Source of the DNA: the human T2T-CHM13v2.0 reference genome, Homo sapiens | Assembly (NCBI RefSeq): GCF_009914755.1 | Contig: NC_060926.1 | DNA length: 64,000 nucleotides | Reading direction: 5' to 3' (one strand) | Shown: one piece after another, positions 1 to 19,951 of the stretch | How the letters are laid out: each line of letters starts with the position of its first letter | Position numbering within the stretch: the stretch's first letter is position 1 | Translations under genes and position numbers: made by a program | The notes under the pieces: generated by a model | Databases searched by the model: none | The model's input: the letters and a program-made list of their open reading frames with translations, nothing else | What the model was told of the DNA's origin: nothing

Positions 1-165
1 TGAAAGATCTTGATACCACACAGGTATAATTACAATCTGCAAACCTACTCAAGGGGAGTTGCAGGTGAAGATAAGGAAGTCAGCCTCATTCCATTACCTA
101 ATCAGATTCTCAGCCAAAGACAAACAGCAACATATGGGACTTTAAGGTGAGCAGGGAGCCGACAG

Positions 166-452
166 CAGCGCTACTCAAAATGTGGTCCGTGATCTGCATG
201 GCTCTCAGAATTGTTTGTTATTGGTTCATGGCAAGTAAAGCACAGAAAATGAGAGTAAGGATTTAAAACATTTGGAAGTTTGACAATAGTTGTGTATCTG
301 TTGAAACTAATCATTTATAAATGTGTTTCTATTTTGCATGACTTTTTCATTTTCCATTGTTTTGCTTCTTCAGTTTTATCAAAGTATTGGTCTGTAACAA
401 ATTGTGTGTGTTTTGTTGGGGACTGATCCATCAGTAATTTGTCAAGCACTGA
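166..452. mobile_element. hAT-Charlie-type DNA transposon relic
   Basis: Termini cagcgctactcaaaatgtggtcc ... tttgtcaagcactg resemble CAGTG-type TIRs; family by recall only. Confidence 0.45.
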
Positions 453-605
453 TCTAGAGGTTAAGGCCCTTTGGTCTGTTGGTTGAAATGTAATAACTAA
501 TTTTTTTAGACAAAAGAACTGATTTTACCTGGATATGATCTTTCTTAAAGTTTATTTCAAGTTTGATTAATCTCAATGAAACTCTGAAGTCTAAATTTAA
601 TGTCA

Positions 606-3950
<3,345 letters not shown>

Positions 3951-4136
3951 AATTATTTTGATACTGTGATATATATCTTAGCTCATACAGCTTTGGTCTA
4001 GTTTTATGAAATTATTTAATTTAGAAAATGCCAAGAAGACTTGAAATAAACATAGAGATCTATATTTTAAAGATTATTTTTCAGCTTTCAATTTGACCAA
4101 GAGAATAACGACTGTTAGATTCCTGTAAGCAAACTA

Positions 4137-4216
4137 TTAGGTTGCTGCAAAAGTAATTGCGGTTTTTGACCTTGAAAGTTATGGCACAAACCGCAATTAC
4201 TTTTGTACCAACATAA
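4137..4216. mobile_element. MADE1 (Hsmar1-derived MITE)
   Basis: 80-bp near-palindrome ttaggttgctgcaaaagtaattgcggttt...aaaccgcaattacttttgtaccaacataa, flanked by TA TSDs (4135-36, 4217-18). Confidence 0.93.
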
Positions 4217-4332
4217 TAAGACAGCATGGAAAAGTTTGGATTTAAATGATGGAAGAACAAAAGCATTTTATGAATGTCTACTTCACTTGGAATTATTCAT
4301 ATTCCTCAGATGTGTTAAAAATTGAAAGATGA

Positions 4333-5090
<758 letters not shown>

Positions 5091-5334
5091 TTAAACCTTT
5101 AGTATGCATTGCTCTGACCTGCCCAGGTTCACCATCCATTTTGACCTTTTCCCTTTTGTTCATCTGTTACTCCACAACTAACCTAGAAAAGTAGCTGCTG
5201 ATGGCCAGTCTTCTGTAGAGGTGATGACTGTACTGAAAAATACTTTCATATTCACAAATCTGTTTGTTCCTTATATCACCAAAGATGAGAGAGAGGAAAA
5301 GAGAGGAGAGGAGAACCTGAGACATGCTTATGCG

Positions 5335-5733
5335 TGCTATGGACTGAATCATGTCCCCTCAAAATCTCTATGTCAAAGCCCTAACCCCCAACATGACTAT
5401 ATTTAGAGACAGGGTTTTTAGAAGGTAATTAAGGCTAAAGGAGGTCATATAGGCTCCTAATCCCATAGAACTTAAAGCTTTATGAGAAGAGAAAGACAGA
5501 GGAAAGAGTTCTTATTTTCCCTCTTCATATATGTGCACCAAGGAAAGGCCAGTGTGGGGCACAGTGAGAAGCTGGCTGGCTGCAAGCCAGGAAGAGAGTC
5601 CTCACCAAAACTCAGTCATGCTGGCATCCTGTTCTCAGACTTCCAGCTTTCAGAACTGTGAGAAAATAAATTTATGTTGTTTTAGGAACCTAGTCTGTGG
5701 TATTTTGTTATGGCAGCCCAAGCAGACTAAAAC
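5335..5733 (+). mobile_element. MaLR solo LTR (MLT1A/B-like)
   Basis: tgctatggactgaat..gtcccc start; ttccagctttcagaactgtgagaaaataaattt; ttgttatggcagcccaagcagactaaaaca end. Confidence 0.82.
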
Positions 5734-6259
5734 AACATATGCAACCAAGTTTACAATCTTAAATACGTGACTTCTGAAGTTCTAATCAATATTCTTATAA
5801 GTATATTTAAGAAGGCACTCCTTATATAGAGACAGGGGTAAAACAAACTATGATAATTATCCAAATCCATTTACTTTCAAAAACATCTGAAACACTGGTA
5901 AGCAATACAAGTTGCTGATCCTAAAATCAATTAATTACATTTTCCATTATTCCTAGTAATAAACTACTAAGAATTTATATGAATAAACTAGGAATAAACT
6001 AATAAATATTCCTAGGAGTAAACTAGGAAATTATTATTCCTAGTAATAAACCTAACACAAATGTATACATATGTGCACCCAAAAAAATGCACAAAAATAT
6101 TGATAACCAAAAACAGAGAATGTATTCCATTAGAATACACATGTATTAAATGAATAATCTTTCTTCAAGTTCATTCTTGATGGTAAAGAATTTTCAGGCT
6201 TGGTGCAGTGGCTCACACCTATATTCTCAGCATTTTGGAAGGCTGAGGCGGGCAGATCA

Positions 6260-6478
<219 letters not shown>

Positions 6479-6564
6479 TCAAAAAACATAATTTTTAAAA
6501 AGTGTAATTTTCCTTCTATTTACATTTTTAAAAGAGCTTGGGCAATGAAGTTTATAATGACAAG

Positions 6565-7070
6565 TGTAGCAGCTAATCCCCAAGATGGCCCTTGTGTAGT
6601 TTCCTTCCCATATTCAGTAAGGCTAACCTGTGTAGCCAATGGGATACTGGGAAAATGATGTAGTATGGCCTCTAAGGCTAGGTCATAAAATGCATTGCAG
6701 CTGCTACCTTGCTTTCTCTTGGGTCACTCACTCTAGTGGATGCCAACCACCGTGTTGTGAGGACACTCAAGCAGCTCTGTGGAGAGGGCCATGTGGTAAG
6801 GACCAGAGGCCTCCTGCCAACAGCCAGCATCAACTTACCAGCCATGTGAGTCGGCCATCTTGAAGCAAGTCCTCCAGCCCCTCTCAAATGCCCCAGCTGG
6901 CATCTTGACTGTTAACCTCATGAGAGATCCTGAGCCAGAATGACCTAATGTGCCCCCGGATTCTTCACCTTCAGGAAATTTATGCTATCATAAATGTTTA
7001 TTATTGTTTGAAGCCAGTAAGTTTTGGAGTAATTTGCTCTGTGTGCAGTGATAAATAGATAACTAAAACA
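6565..7070 (+). mobile_element. MaLR solo LTR (MLT1F-like)
   Basis: ccaagatggccc; ggctaggtcataaaa; aggcctcctgccaacagcc; gttttggagtaatttg..ataactaaaaca. Confidence 0.75.
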
Positions 7071-7199
7071 ACTGATGCTGGTACAGTTACAGCATAGTTC
7101 ATCTCTCCCAAGTAAAACTTTACTTATTTCATGACGTATATGAAGAATTTAGAAAAATAAATTTAAAAAATCAACTTTGGGGTCAGGTAAGGATATTTA

Positions 7200-9470
<2,271 letters not shown>

Positions 9471-10408
9471 CTGTTAGCTGGGTGTGGTGGCACACAACTG
9501 TAGTCTTAGCTACTCAGGAGGCTGAGGCAGGAGGATTTCTTGAGTCCAGAAGTTGGAGGGTTTAAAAAAAAAATCCAACTGTTCCACTTACTAACTGTAT
9601 TTCCATGGGCAAATGGTGAACTTCTCTATGTCTCAGAAGACTCTTCTCTTAAGTGGGGATATTAGATCAGGAATGCTGGCTCACACCTATAATCCGAGCA
9701 CTTTGGGAGGCCAAGGTGGGACGATCACTTGAGCCCAGGAGTTTGAGGTTACAATGAGCTATGGTTGCACCACTGCACTCCAACCTCAGTGACAGAGCAA
9801 GACCTCGTCTCCAAAAAAAAAAAAAAAAAAAAAGAGTGGGGATATTAATATCTACCTTTCAGGACTATTCTAATGATTTGACAAAATAATAGAAATAATA
9901 GGTAACAGTTATATAACTTGCCCTAGGTCACACACCTAGTTTTTTGTTGTTGTTGTTAGTTAGTTAGATTTTGTTTTTGTTTTTGTTTTGAGACAGAGTC
10001 TTGCTGTGTTACCCAGGCTAGAGTGCAGTAGTGCGATCTCGACTCACTGCAACCTCCCCCTTACCAGTCAAGTGACTCTCCTGCCTCACCCTGTTAAGTT
10101 GCTGGGACTACAGGCGTACACCACCACGCCCAGCTAATTTTTGTATTTTTAGTAGAGATGGGGTTTCGCCATGTTGGCCAGGCTGGTCTCGAACTCCTGA
10201 CCTCAGGTGATTCACCCGCCTTGGCCTCCTAACGTGCTGAGATTACAGTCGTGAGTCACCACGCCCAGCCCACAGACCTAGCTTTTATGAGCCAGGATTT
10301 AACCCAGGAATTCTGACTCCAAAACCTACACTCTCATCTAATGCACAAATCAATCAAGTGAATGTCACGTAGCAGGCCATTAGTGGTACCTAGAATGATG
10401 ACAATGCT

Positions 10409-10637
10409 TGTATTAGTTTCCCAGGGTTGCTGTGACAAAATATCACAAACTGGCTGGCTTAAAACAATACTTCTGCAGGGCAGAAGTACAAAATCAAGGT
10501 GCTGCCCGTGGTATCCAGCCTTTGATGCTTCTTGGGAAGGATCTTTCCTTGCCTCCTACACTTATTGTAGTCTCAGGTTTGCCTTGGCTTGATGGCAACA
10601 TAATTCCATTCTGTGCCTCTGCCTTAATGTGGCTTTC

Positions 10638-10689
<52 letters not shown>

Positions 10690-10881
10690 CTCCGTGTCTC
10701 TTCTCCCCTTCTTATAAGGACACCAGTCATATTGGGTTCTGGCCCTCTGTAATTCAGTATGACCTTGTCTTAATTTGAGTACATCTGCAAACACCTTATT
10801 TTTAAACGAAGTCACATTCACGGGTACTGGGGATTAGGACCTCAATATATCTTTTGGGGGAACACAATTCAACCAATAACA
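10409..10881 (-). mobile_element. MaLR solo LTR (MLT1B/C-like) containing (TG)n at 10639-10687
   Basis: tgtattagtttcccagggttgctg..ggcttaaaacaa; cttataaggacaccagtcatattgg; ggggaacacaattcaacc. Confidence 0.82.
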
Positions 10882-12225
10882 ATGCTTACGAACTTTCTGC
10901 CCTTTTCTTGCCAAATAGAAATAAGTTTAACTGGAAGGACTCCCCTTGGGAAGAGAGGAGACGAAGCTTGGACATGAAAAAAAAAGAAAAAAGAAAAAAG
11001 AAATCGCTTCATGGCTCGTCCCTCTGCTTAAAGATGGGGAAATTAAGATGCTGCATTTTGTTCTCAGAAACATGGTCATTTCAAAGTTCATCCAGATCCT
11101 TCAGTGTTAAAGGGTACTGACCAAGGGCAGATGGCTCAACAGTGCTTGAAAAAGGCCCAGGTTAGAGGAATAATGAAGGGTTATCAATGACCACTCAGGG
11201 TAATAAATGTAAAGTGTCACATACACCTGAGCAGGGGACCCTGGAAAATTATGTTATATCTAGGTAAAAGTTTCTCTTCCTCTCTGAAAAGTACCTTTGC
11301 TTGGGGGGAATATAAGTATCTATGTAAGTATTGGATTTGAGAGTTGGAAGTTTCTAATGAGAGAGTATATCGCCACTTAACATTGGAGCAGGGGTGGGAA
11401 AGACAGAATCAAGGAGATTTGACTTGGAGTCTAGTGTTCATCTTACACCATCATTTGGAAGCCCTCAGGGATGATATTCTACCTTCAATAACTTAGATTT
11501 TCAGAAATGTCATGCTGTGAATTATTATGTCTAGAGGAAGATCAGACACATCCCTGTGAAGAGGGAAGTGATTTTCCCAAAAGGGAATTCGAGGCTCAGT
11601 GTCGGTATGAGTAAGAAAGCAATTACTGAGAAATGCAGGATTGAGGGCAGGAGATCAAGGAAAGAAACTGAGTTTTATACACAAAGGGAATTATTCTCAA
11701 AGGTTCTAACTTTTGGGAGCTCTCCCTTTGGGCAATGGGAATAATGACATGTAGCATGCACTTTATTATTTTTTGCAAGTCATAATTCTGTTTACTCTCA
11801 GCATGGTAGGTGAATCAGATACATCTCTACAGTCTAGTGTGGGATGGGCATGGAATTAAAGGACGGAGTAACAAAGGGAAATGTGGTTGGATGTTGCTTC
11901 CTCTGCATCCAATCATGGGAAGCCTCTTTTCTGGGATAGGTAAGTATTGTTAGCATCAAAAAAAGCAGTGATCAGTCCCAAAGCAGAACAACACGAGATA
12001 GGGAAGAGCACAAGGCCAAGAAAGGCAACGCTCACCAGGATTACCCAGGAGCTGGTGTAAAATAAACCCATTTCCTTAATATTCTATGAAAAAGTGATTT
12101 TAAGAGATCTATGTGTAGGGAAAGGGAGTTTGATGACATAAGTGTAAAAGCTTAGCCAAGAAAACCCCACCACTTCACCATTTACCGTTTCATAGCATAT
12201 ATTCACATTTTTATAACTTGTATTA

Positions 12226-12588
<363 letters not shown>

Positions 12589-13505
12589 TTATGAAAATAA
12601 ATTCACCTTGGGGCTATGTGACTTACTATTCACTACCAATTAGGATGTGAAATCTGTGAAGTTGGATGTTTAACTTGGAGAAACTGATAACTGCAAATGA
12701 TTTGAAAGAAAGAAGAATCCACCTTTCTTTCCTTTCTTTATTCTTCAACTTTTCACTTCTCAAAGAAGAAGAGACAGACATATAATGTCTGTCCAAAAGA
12801 GAAACTAACTCTGAAGGTTATGGTTTATTGCCATGTAGAAACATTAATTAGATTTGCAAATAATTTAACAATCTAATTTCTGTTTTTATTTATTGTTTTA
12901 CTTAACGTATATATCAGTCTGATATCCTTACTTGCACTGGTTTTGTTAACTTCCTGGTTAAATAAAAGTTTAATTCATGCTAACATCTTGTATACAAATT
13001 ACACTTATATTTTGAAATTATACATTAATGCCTGCATAACTTGTAGAAAATCATATCAAAGGACATATGCTTTCCATCTTTAGCCTGGTTTGTTACAGAT
13101 TGAGTGGGAAAAAGGAGAAGGGCAGGAAGAAAACATTTCAGGAAGTATATTTGTAGTTTGAAGAAGCAAACTTAATATTATAATATTTTAAATTTGACTG
13201 CCATGAATAAGCTTCATAGATGTACTTTAGCTGCTGGGAATATGTAGGTGATAGCAATGATTTTCAGTAGGAGCAGGAGAATTTTATGTTAATTAAAAAA
13301 GCAGTTATGGATTCAAAAAAATTGCAAAACATTCCTTTAGGAAATTGTTCGGTATTGTAAACCTGAAAGCATGATGCAATATTCTGTTTATATTTGCTTT
13401 ATTTTTAAAATGTAAATAAAACAAAATGTGCTTGCCACAAATATACTTCAAGACTTTATCTTTTGGTGTACTATAAATGAGAATTTTGTAGTTACTGTGA
13501 TGTGT

Positions 13506-13660
13506 GACCAATTAACTCAGCTTGTTATTTACTGTTCTAATGAGGCCAAAGCCTTGGATCGATCCCCAAATGATCAAGCTAGTCATGCTGTGTCATAGTC
13601 ATAAGAAGGACCTGATAAGTGAGAATCTCGATGAAATAGCACAAATCCATTGGCCCCAAA
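13506..13660 (+). mobile_element. Ancient tRNA-derived SINE (MamSINE1-like) with decayed tRNA-Ile-like head at 13506-13576
   Basis: gaccaattaactcagcttgtta..ctaatgaggccaaagccttggatcgatcccc resembles GGCCAGTTAGCTCAGTTGGTTAG..CTAATAACGCCAAGG..GGTTCGATCCCC; A/B boxes degenerate. Confidence 0.6.
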
Positions 13661-14390
13661 GCAACTGCAGTTGTATACCCCAAAGTTCACACGTTGGTCA
13701 CATTCTTTATCATGGTACGGCAGCTACGGAAACATGTTAAACCTGGAGCTGATGATAACCAATGATTTCTTTCTTGTGCTTTTTATTCTTTTTTAAAAAA
13801 TGAATGAAAGATAAGAATGTTCATCATCAAATTTCATAGAATGCTTTAGTTTTAATAATCCATTCACCAGGACACAAGGAATCAGAGGTGTGTGAAAATT
13901 TAAAATAGGATGATCAGGCCCGGCGCGTTGGCTCAAACTAGTAATCCCAGCACTTTGGGAGGCCAAGCGGGGGTGCATCACCTGAGGTCAGGAGTTCGAG
14001 CCCAACCTGGCCAACATGGCGAGACCCTGCCTTTACTAAAAACACAAAATTAGCAGGGCATGGTGGCAAATGCCTGTAATTCCAGCTACTTGGGAGGCTG
14101 AGGCAAGAGAATTGCTTGAACCTGGAAGGTGGAGGTTGAGTGAGCCGAGATCACGCTACTGCACTCCAGTCTGGAAGACAGAGCGAGACTCCATCTCAAA
14201 AAAACAAAATAAAACAAAAAACAAACAAACAAAAAAAACAGAAATAGGGTGGTCAAAGCAGACATCGCCAAGAAAGTACCATTTAAAGAAAGCAAGTGAA
14301 TTAGCCATACAAGTGTCTGGAGAAAGCACTGTTTGACCAGAAGGGGCAGTCACTGTGTAGTTTTTAGGTGGGTGTGAGCACAGGGAGTCC

Positions 14391-14417
14391 ATCTTTCTTT
14401 CTTTGTTTCTTTCTTTC

Positions 14418-14472
<55 letters not shown>

Positions 14473-15053
14473 CTTTCTTTCTTTCTTCCTTTCTTTTCTT
14501 TCTTTCTTCTTTCTTTCTTTCTCTCTCTCTTTCTTTCCTCCTTTCTTCCTTTCCTTTCTTTCTTTCTTTCCTTTCTTTTCCTTCCTTCCTTTCTCTCTCT
14601 CTCTTTCTCTTTTTTTTGAGACGGAGTCTCGCTCTGTCGCCCAGGCTGGAGTGCAGTGGCGCGATCTCGGCTCACTGCAAGCTCTGCCTCCCGGGTTTGC
14701 ACCATTCTCCTGCCTCAGCCTGCCTGCAATCCTGCCTTCCTTCCTTCGTTCCTTTCTTCCTTTCTCTCTCTTTCTTTCCTTCCTTCCTTCCTTCTTTCTC
14801 TTTCTTTCTTTTTCTTTCTTTTCTTTCTTTTTCTTTCTTTCTTTCTTTCGTTCTTTCTTTCTTTCCTTCCTTCCTTTCTTCCTTTCTTTCTTTCTTCTTT
14901 CCTTTTCTTTCCAATGGAGTCTTGCTCTGTTGCCCACACTAGAGTGCACTGACATGATCTCAGCTCACCGACCTCACTCCTAACCTCAGGTTGTCAGCCC
15001 ACCTCAGCCTCTCAAAGTGCTGGGATTACAGGTGTGAGCCACTGTGCCTGGCC
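14391..15053 (-). repeat. Compound (TTTC/TTCC)n tracts (14391-14616, 14735-14910) attached to a truncated AluY (14617-14720) and an internally deleted Alu (14913-15053)
   Basis: Read directly; the tracts occupy the positions of the Alu A tails. Confidence 0.9.
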
Positions 15054-17183
15054 TATAAATCTTAAATTGTCCTTTTTGTCCCTTTTTACTCATCTTTAGG
15101 AAGGTATAATTGACAAATAAACATTGTATATACTTGTGGTATAAAATAAGTAAATAAAATTTGAAAAACAATTCACCAAAATATTAATTAATAATATCAG
15201 GTAAGCTAGATCTTCTCTTGTATAGAAAAATTGTTTGTGCTCTGTCACTTGTTATAAGTTGTAGCTTTATCTGACACTTACCTACCCTCAGGCTTCTTTT
15301 TAACTCACTCTGACTTATTTGTCTTATCCAGAGATTGTGGATTCCCTGTCATCAAAGCAGTCTAAAGGGTGTTAAAACACCTGCGGCCCTTATTTCTTTG
15401 CCATAGGCTTTAGGTGACTTAAAAAAAAATAGTACTGTCCTCTCACTGTCTAAGGACTACCTTCCTTAGTATCTTTACATAAGGAAGAAATTGGTTTTTC
15501 TGTTTTATCTGACAAAAGAGAGAGATATGAGGGAGAGACTGAATTCTTTCTTGAAACAGAAATATTCCTATCTCTTATCAAGTATTTTGATTGTTTAATT
15601 TCCTACACTAAGTCCAACAGGATTTTATACCAAAAGCAGTAGCTTCCCTAAAGTCTACTTGGTAGTTGTTCGTTGCCAAAGTCTATTCTCTCTTAAAGAG
15701 ATCATATTTTTTCAAGCAACATTTTATACACATTCAACTGAGAGAAGCTTCTCTCAGAGGCTTTGCGAATGTATCAGGCAATTTTCTCACTCATGATATG
15801 TGCTTCTGTGTGACACATGAAGCAAAATACTAATGTTATTCTTTTACTCTATCTTTTTGCAGTGCTTCCATGATTTTTATTTTTTTATTTCTTCTTTCTA
15901 TAACTAGACTCAGATTCCAGAATGTCTATTTTTAAATTCATACTTGCTACATGCTTTCATGGTAGATTATTTGCATATCCCCAAGAAGAGTTTGTCAAGG
16001 GATCATTTCAGTAATTTGTTTTAGAAAACAATAGGAATACTGCATTTAAAAAAATGTGTTGCCAAACTTCACCATCAGTACACCCACAGGATAAACACAC
16101 TCTGTGTGAACTGGACATGCCCCTTGAAAATCTACACTCCAAATGAGTACATTACAACTATGGTGCAATGAGTGATTTTCCCCAAGGTACCATGTTCATT
16201 GGTTTCCACAGGACAGGCAACCTAGCAGGGCATTCCCTCCATGAGGTTATGAAAACACGCTGTGCTCCTGTAGACCCACACACAGCACCCTCCCCATTGT
16301 ACTTATTGCCAAACACTGGGCTTCCTAATCACTTTGTGTTCAGTCAGAGATCCAGGAAATCCAAACCCAGCCAGAAAAATGCACAACAGCTCAGCATAAG
16401 CAGCTTTAATAGGAGCTTAAGGAAGCTTCCATTGCTCCCATCCTGGAAAAGCATGTGTTGTAGCAGAAAGAGCACAAGCTCTAGCAATGGACAGGCCTCA
16501 GGTCATATCCTGGATCTGGCTGGGTTGCTGGGTTACGTGCTGGGTTGTCTCAGATAAGGTCAAGTCTGAGCTTCATTTCCATATTTTCTTATCTTCGTAA
16601 AATGGAAATTATCATCATACTATCTACAGTGGAACCCACTGGTCAAAAGCCATTGCCAGGTCTGCCAGTGTTAATTTCAAGTGGAAAGTCTGAAAGATTA
16701 CTGCAGACAGTTTATGTACTGGAATCTTTTTGGCTTAAGCCACTTCTCCAGTGGTTATTAACATTATGCCCTATTTTCCTCTCTAGCTACACTCTAGAAC
16801 CCAGGAACCTAGTTCTGCATCCTCTCCACCAAAGCATGTTGAGAATCCTTTTGTATTTAGCTGCTTGGATACTAGAAGAGGATCGAAATTCTAGCCCAGT
16901 AATTCTTTTCCTAGCTCTTCCTTCAATATCATCAAAGCGGATTCAACATGTAAGGAAAGTTCAACTCTGTTATTTTGTTAGAGAAGATATAATAAGTTAA
17001 AATCACTTCACATATAAAATTTATGGTATGTTGGATGGTGATAAGGCTTTATATAGAGGAAATTGTGCAAGGAAGGGAAAGAAAATGCAGGAGAATGTAA
17101 AGCGGTTTTGCAAATACTTTAATAACTAACTCTCTTCTTCAAGTCTTTCTTTAAATATCATCTTAATGAGGTCACCCTGATAA

Positions 17184-17345
<162 letters not shown>

Positions 17346-17521
17346 TAGTCCTGATTAGACATGGAGTACGACAGAAAGATGTTTAGGGTGACTTCAAGGT
17401 ATTTCACAGAAGCAGTGGTTGAATATAGGTCTCATCAACTAGATGTAATGGCTGTGGGAGGCATTCTTGAGGGAATAGAACTAAGTGTTGGGAATCAACA
17501 CATTTCTTCCAAATTCCCCCA

Positions 17522-17569
17522 ACACACACACACACACACACACACACCACACACACACACACACACACA
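17522..17569. repeat. Interrupted (CA)n microsatellite
   Basis: Read directly. Confidence 0.93.
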
Positions 17570-18144
17570 TCCCACATCACCTCTGTCAAGGAGTGAAGCT
17601 GCAAAGGTAAGGATTAAATTCTAAACCCCAATATTTAACCATCCTTTGAACTTAGGCTGCTTGGCAATAGCATTTCTCCACTTTTTTTTATGTGCTTGTT
17701 TCCCTAGACTGATAACATTGAGGACCTACAGCAGTCATAGATATTTCGAGCTAAATGACCCTTTATAAATCATTCTAGCATGGTACTTACCACACAAAAT
17801 TGAATTTCCACATCCAATCAAAGATGCCATTGATTGTAATATGCACCATTATTTTTTGCATTGCTAAGAAAGAAAAAGCAGCCATTTGAAATATGATTGA
17901 TATTTTCTTATTTATCTATGACTTACTTGGACATAGATTTTTAAAAATTCATATACTCATGCATATGTAAAAAGGAAAATATAAGCAAAGTATTTCTAAA
18001 ATGTTTTCCTTTATTAGGTTATTAATTACATTTTATTCAATGTTATAAAGGCCTCACTTACACAACTAGAGTTAGAACATTATGCCCCTAATTAGTATTA
18101 GTTCATCAATTTCATCAATAAATTATAGGAAACATGGATTAGAC

Positions 18145-18740
18145 AAACTAGTTCAACCATTGTGGAAGTCAGTGTGGCAATTCCTCAGGGATCTAGAACT
18201 AGAAATACCACTTGACCCAGCCATCCCATTACTGGGTATATACCCAAAGGATTATAAATCATGCTGCTATAAAGACACATGCACATGTATGTTTATTGCG
18301 GCACTATTCACAATAGCAAAGACTTGGAACCAACCCAAATGTCCAACAATAGACTGGATTAAGAAAATGTGGCACATATACACCACGGTATACTATGCAG
18401 CCATAAAAAATGATGAGTTCATGTCCTTTGTAGGGACATGGATGAAACTGGAAACCATCATTCTCAGCAAACTATTGCAAGGACAAAAAACCAAACACCG
18501 CATGTTCTCACTCATAGGTGGGAATTGAACAATGAGAACACTTGGACACAGGAAGGGGAACATCACACACTGGGGCCTGTTGTGGGGTGGGGGGAGGGGG
18601 GAGGGATAGCATTAGGAGATATACCTAATGTAAATGACGAGTTAACGGGTGCAGCACACCAACGTGGCACATGTATACATATGTAACCAACCTGCACGTT
18701 GTGCACATGTACCCTAAAACTTAAAGTATAATAAAAAAAA
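18145..18740 (+). mobile_element. 5'-truncated L1PA element (ORF2 C-terminus, 3'UTR, polyA)
   Basis: ORF 18082..18528 reads KLVQPLWKSVW...IYPKDYKSCCYKDTCT...HRMFSLIGGN (L1 ORF2 end); G-rich 3'UTR; aaagtataataaaaa tail. Confidence 0.95.
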
Positions 18741-18984
18741 GAAAAGAGAAAGTAGAAAATAGGCAAGAAATTGAGAGAAAATAGAAAACAGGTTTTGCCT
18801 GTCCTGCTACCAAATTATGTTTAAGTCTAAAACCTATTTTAGATCCACCATTAAAACTAGATAGACTAGCTTTAGTCAGTTTGGGTTGTAAATAAAGCAT
18901 GCATAATTGTATGAAAGCCTTTGGGCCCTGCAACTTCCTTGTATTCAGAGTCCGACTCCTCTGAAACACATTTTGTTTCAAACC

Positions 18985-19490
18985 TATATTAGCTGTATAA
19001 CAAAGTACTCTCAAGTTCAGAAGCTTAAAACCACAAACGTTGATTATCTATTTCTGTGGGTTCCAAGTCCAGGAGTGGTTTACCTGGCTGGTTCTGGCTG
19101 GGGGCCTCTCATGAGGCTGTGTCTCACTGTTAGCTGAGGGTGCAGTCTTCTGCAGGATTGACCAGGGTTGGGGAATCACCTTCCCAACTCACCCACATAG
19201 CTGTTGGCCGGCCTCAGGTCCTTGCTGGCTATTGGCTGGAAACCAGTTCCTGGCTACTCGGGCTTCTTCAGAGGGCTGTTCACAGAATGACAGCTGGCTT
19301 CTCCTGAGCCAGTGATCCAAGAGAGAGGGAAAGGAAGTGAGAGCCTGAGATGGAAGCTGCCCCATCATTTTCACAGTAAGTTACAGGGCCCACCAACCAA
19401 CCCTGCTACAACATGAGATAGAACCACCCAAAGGTGAGAAGATGGAAGATGAGCATTATTGGGGACTATTTTGGAGGCTGGCTCCCACAA
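18985..19490 (-). mobile_element. MaLR solo LTR (MLT1F/G-like)
   Basis: gctgtataacaaagtac..gcttaaaac; gctgttggccggcctcagg; ggggactattttggaggctggctcccaca end. Confidence 0.72.
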
Positions 19491-19741
19491 ATTTAGATTT
19501 TTCAATTTCCATGTTTCTCTGCACAATAACTCCCAGTGTACCATCAAGAGAATTGACAATATGTGGGGCACGGTGGCTCGCACCTGTAATCCCAGCACCT
19601 TGGGAGGCCGAGGCAGGCGGTTCATGAGGTCAGGAGCTCAAGACCAGCCTGGCCAACATGGTGAAACCCCATCTCTACTGAAAAAAAAAAAAAAAAAATT
19701 AGCGGGGCATGGTGGCATGCATCTCTAATCCCAGCTACTCA

Positions 19742-19951
<210 letters not shown>

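Noticed and set aside
5946-6051. CRISPR-like or minisatellite array
   Set aside because: Irregular fragments in mixed orientation with no constant repeat-spacer period; eukaryotic context
13506-13576. Functional tRNA-Ile gene
   Set aside because: Stems and A/B boxes are too degenerate; reported as a SINE head instead
14350-14983. Overlapping K/E/R-rich and F/L/S-rich ORFs
   Set aside because: Translations of (TTTC)n plus Alu sequence
18082-18528. 148-aa ORF
   Set aside because: L1 ORF2 C-terminus in a truncated copy, fused by chance to flanking sequence
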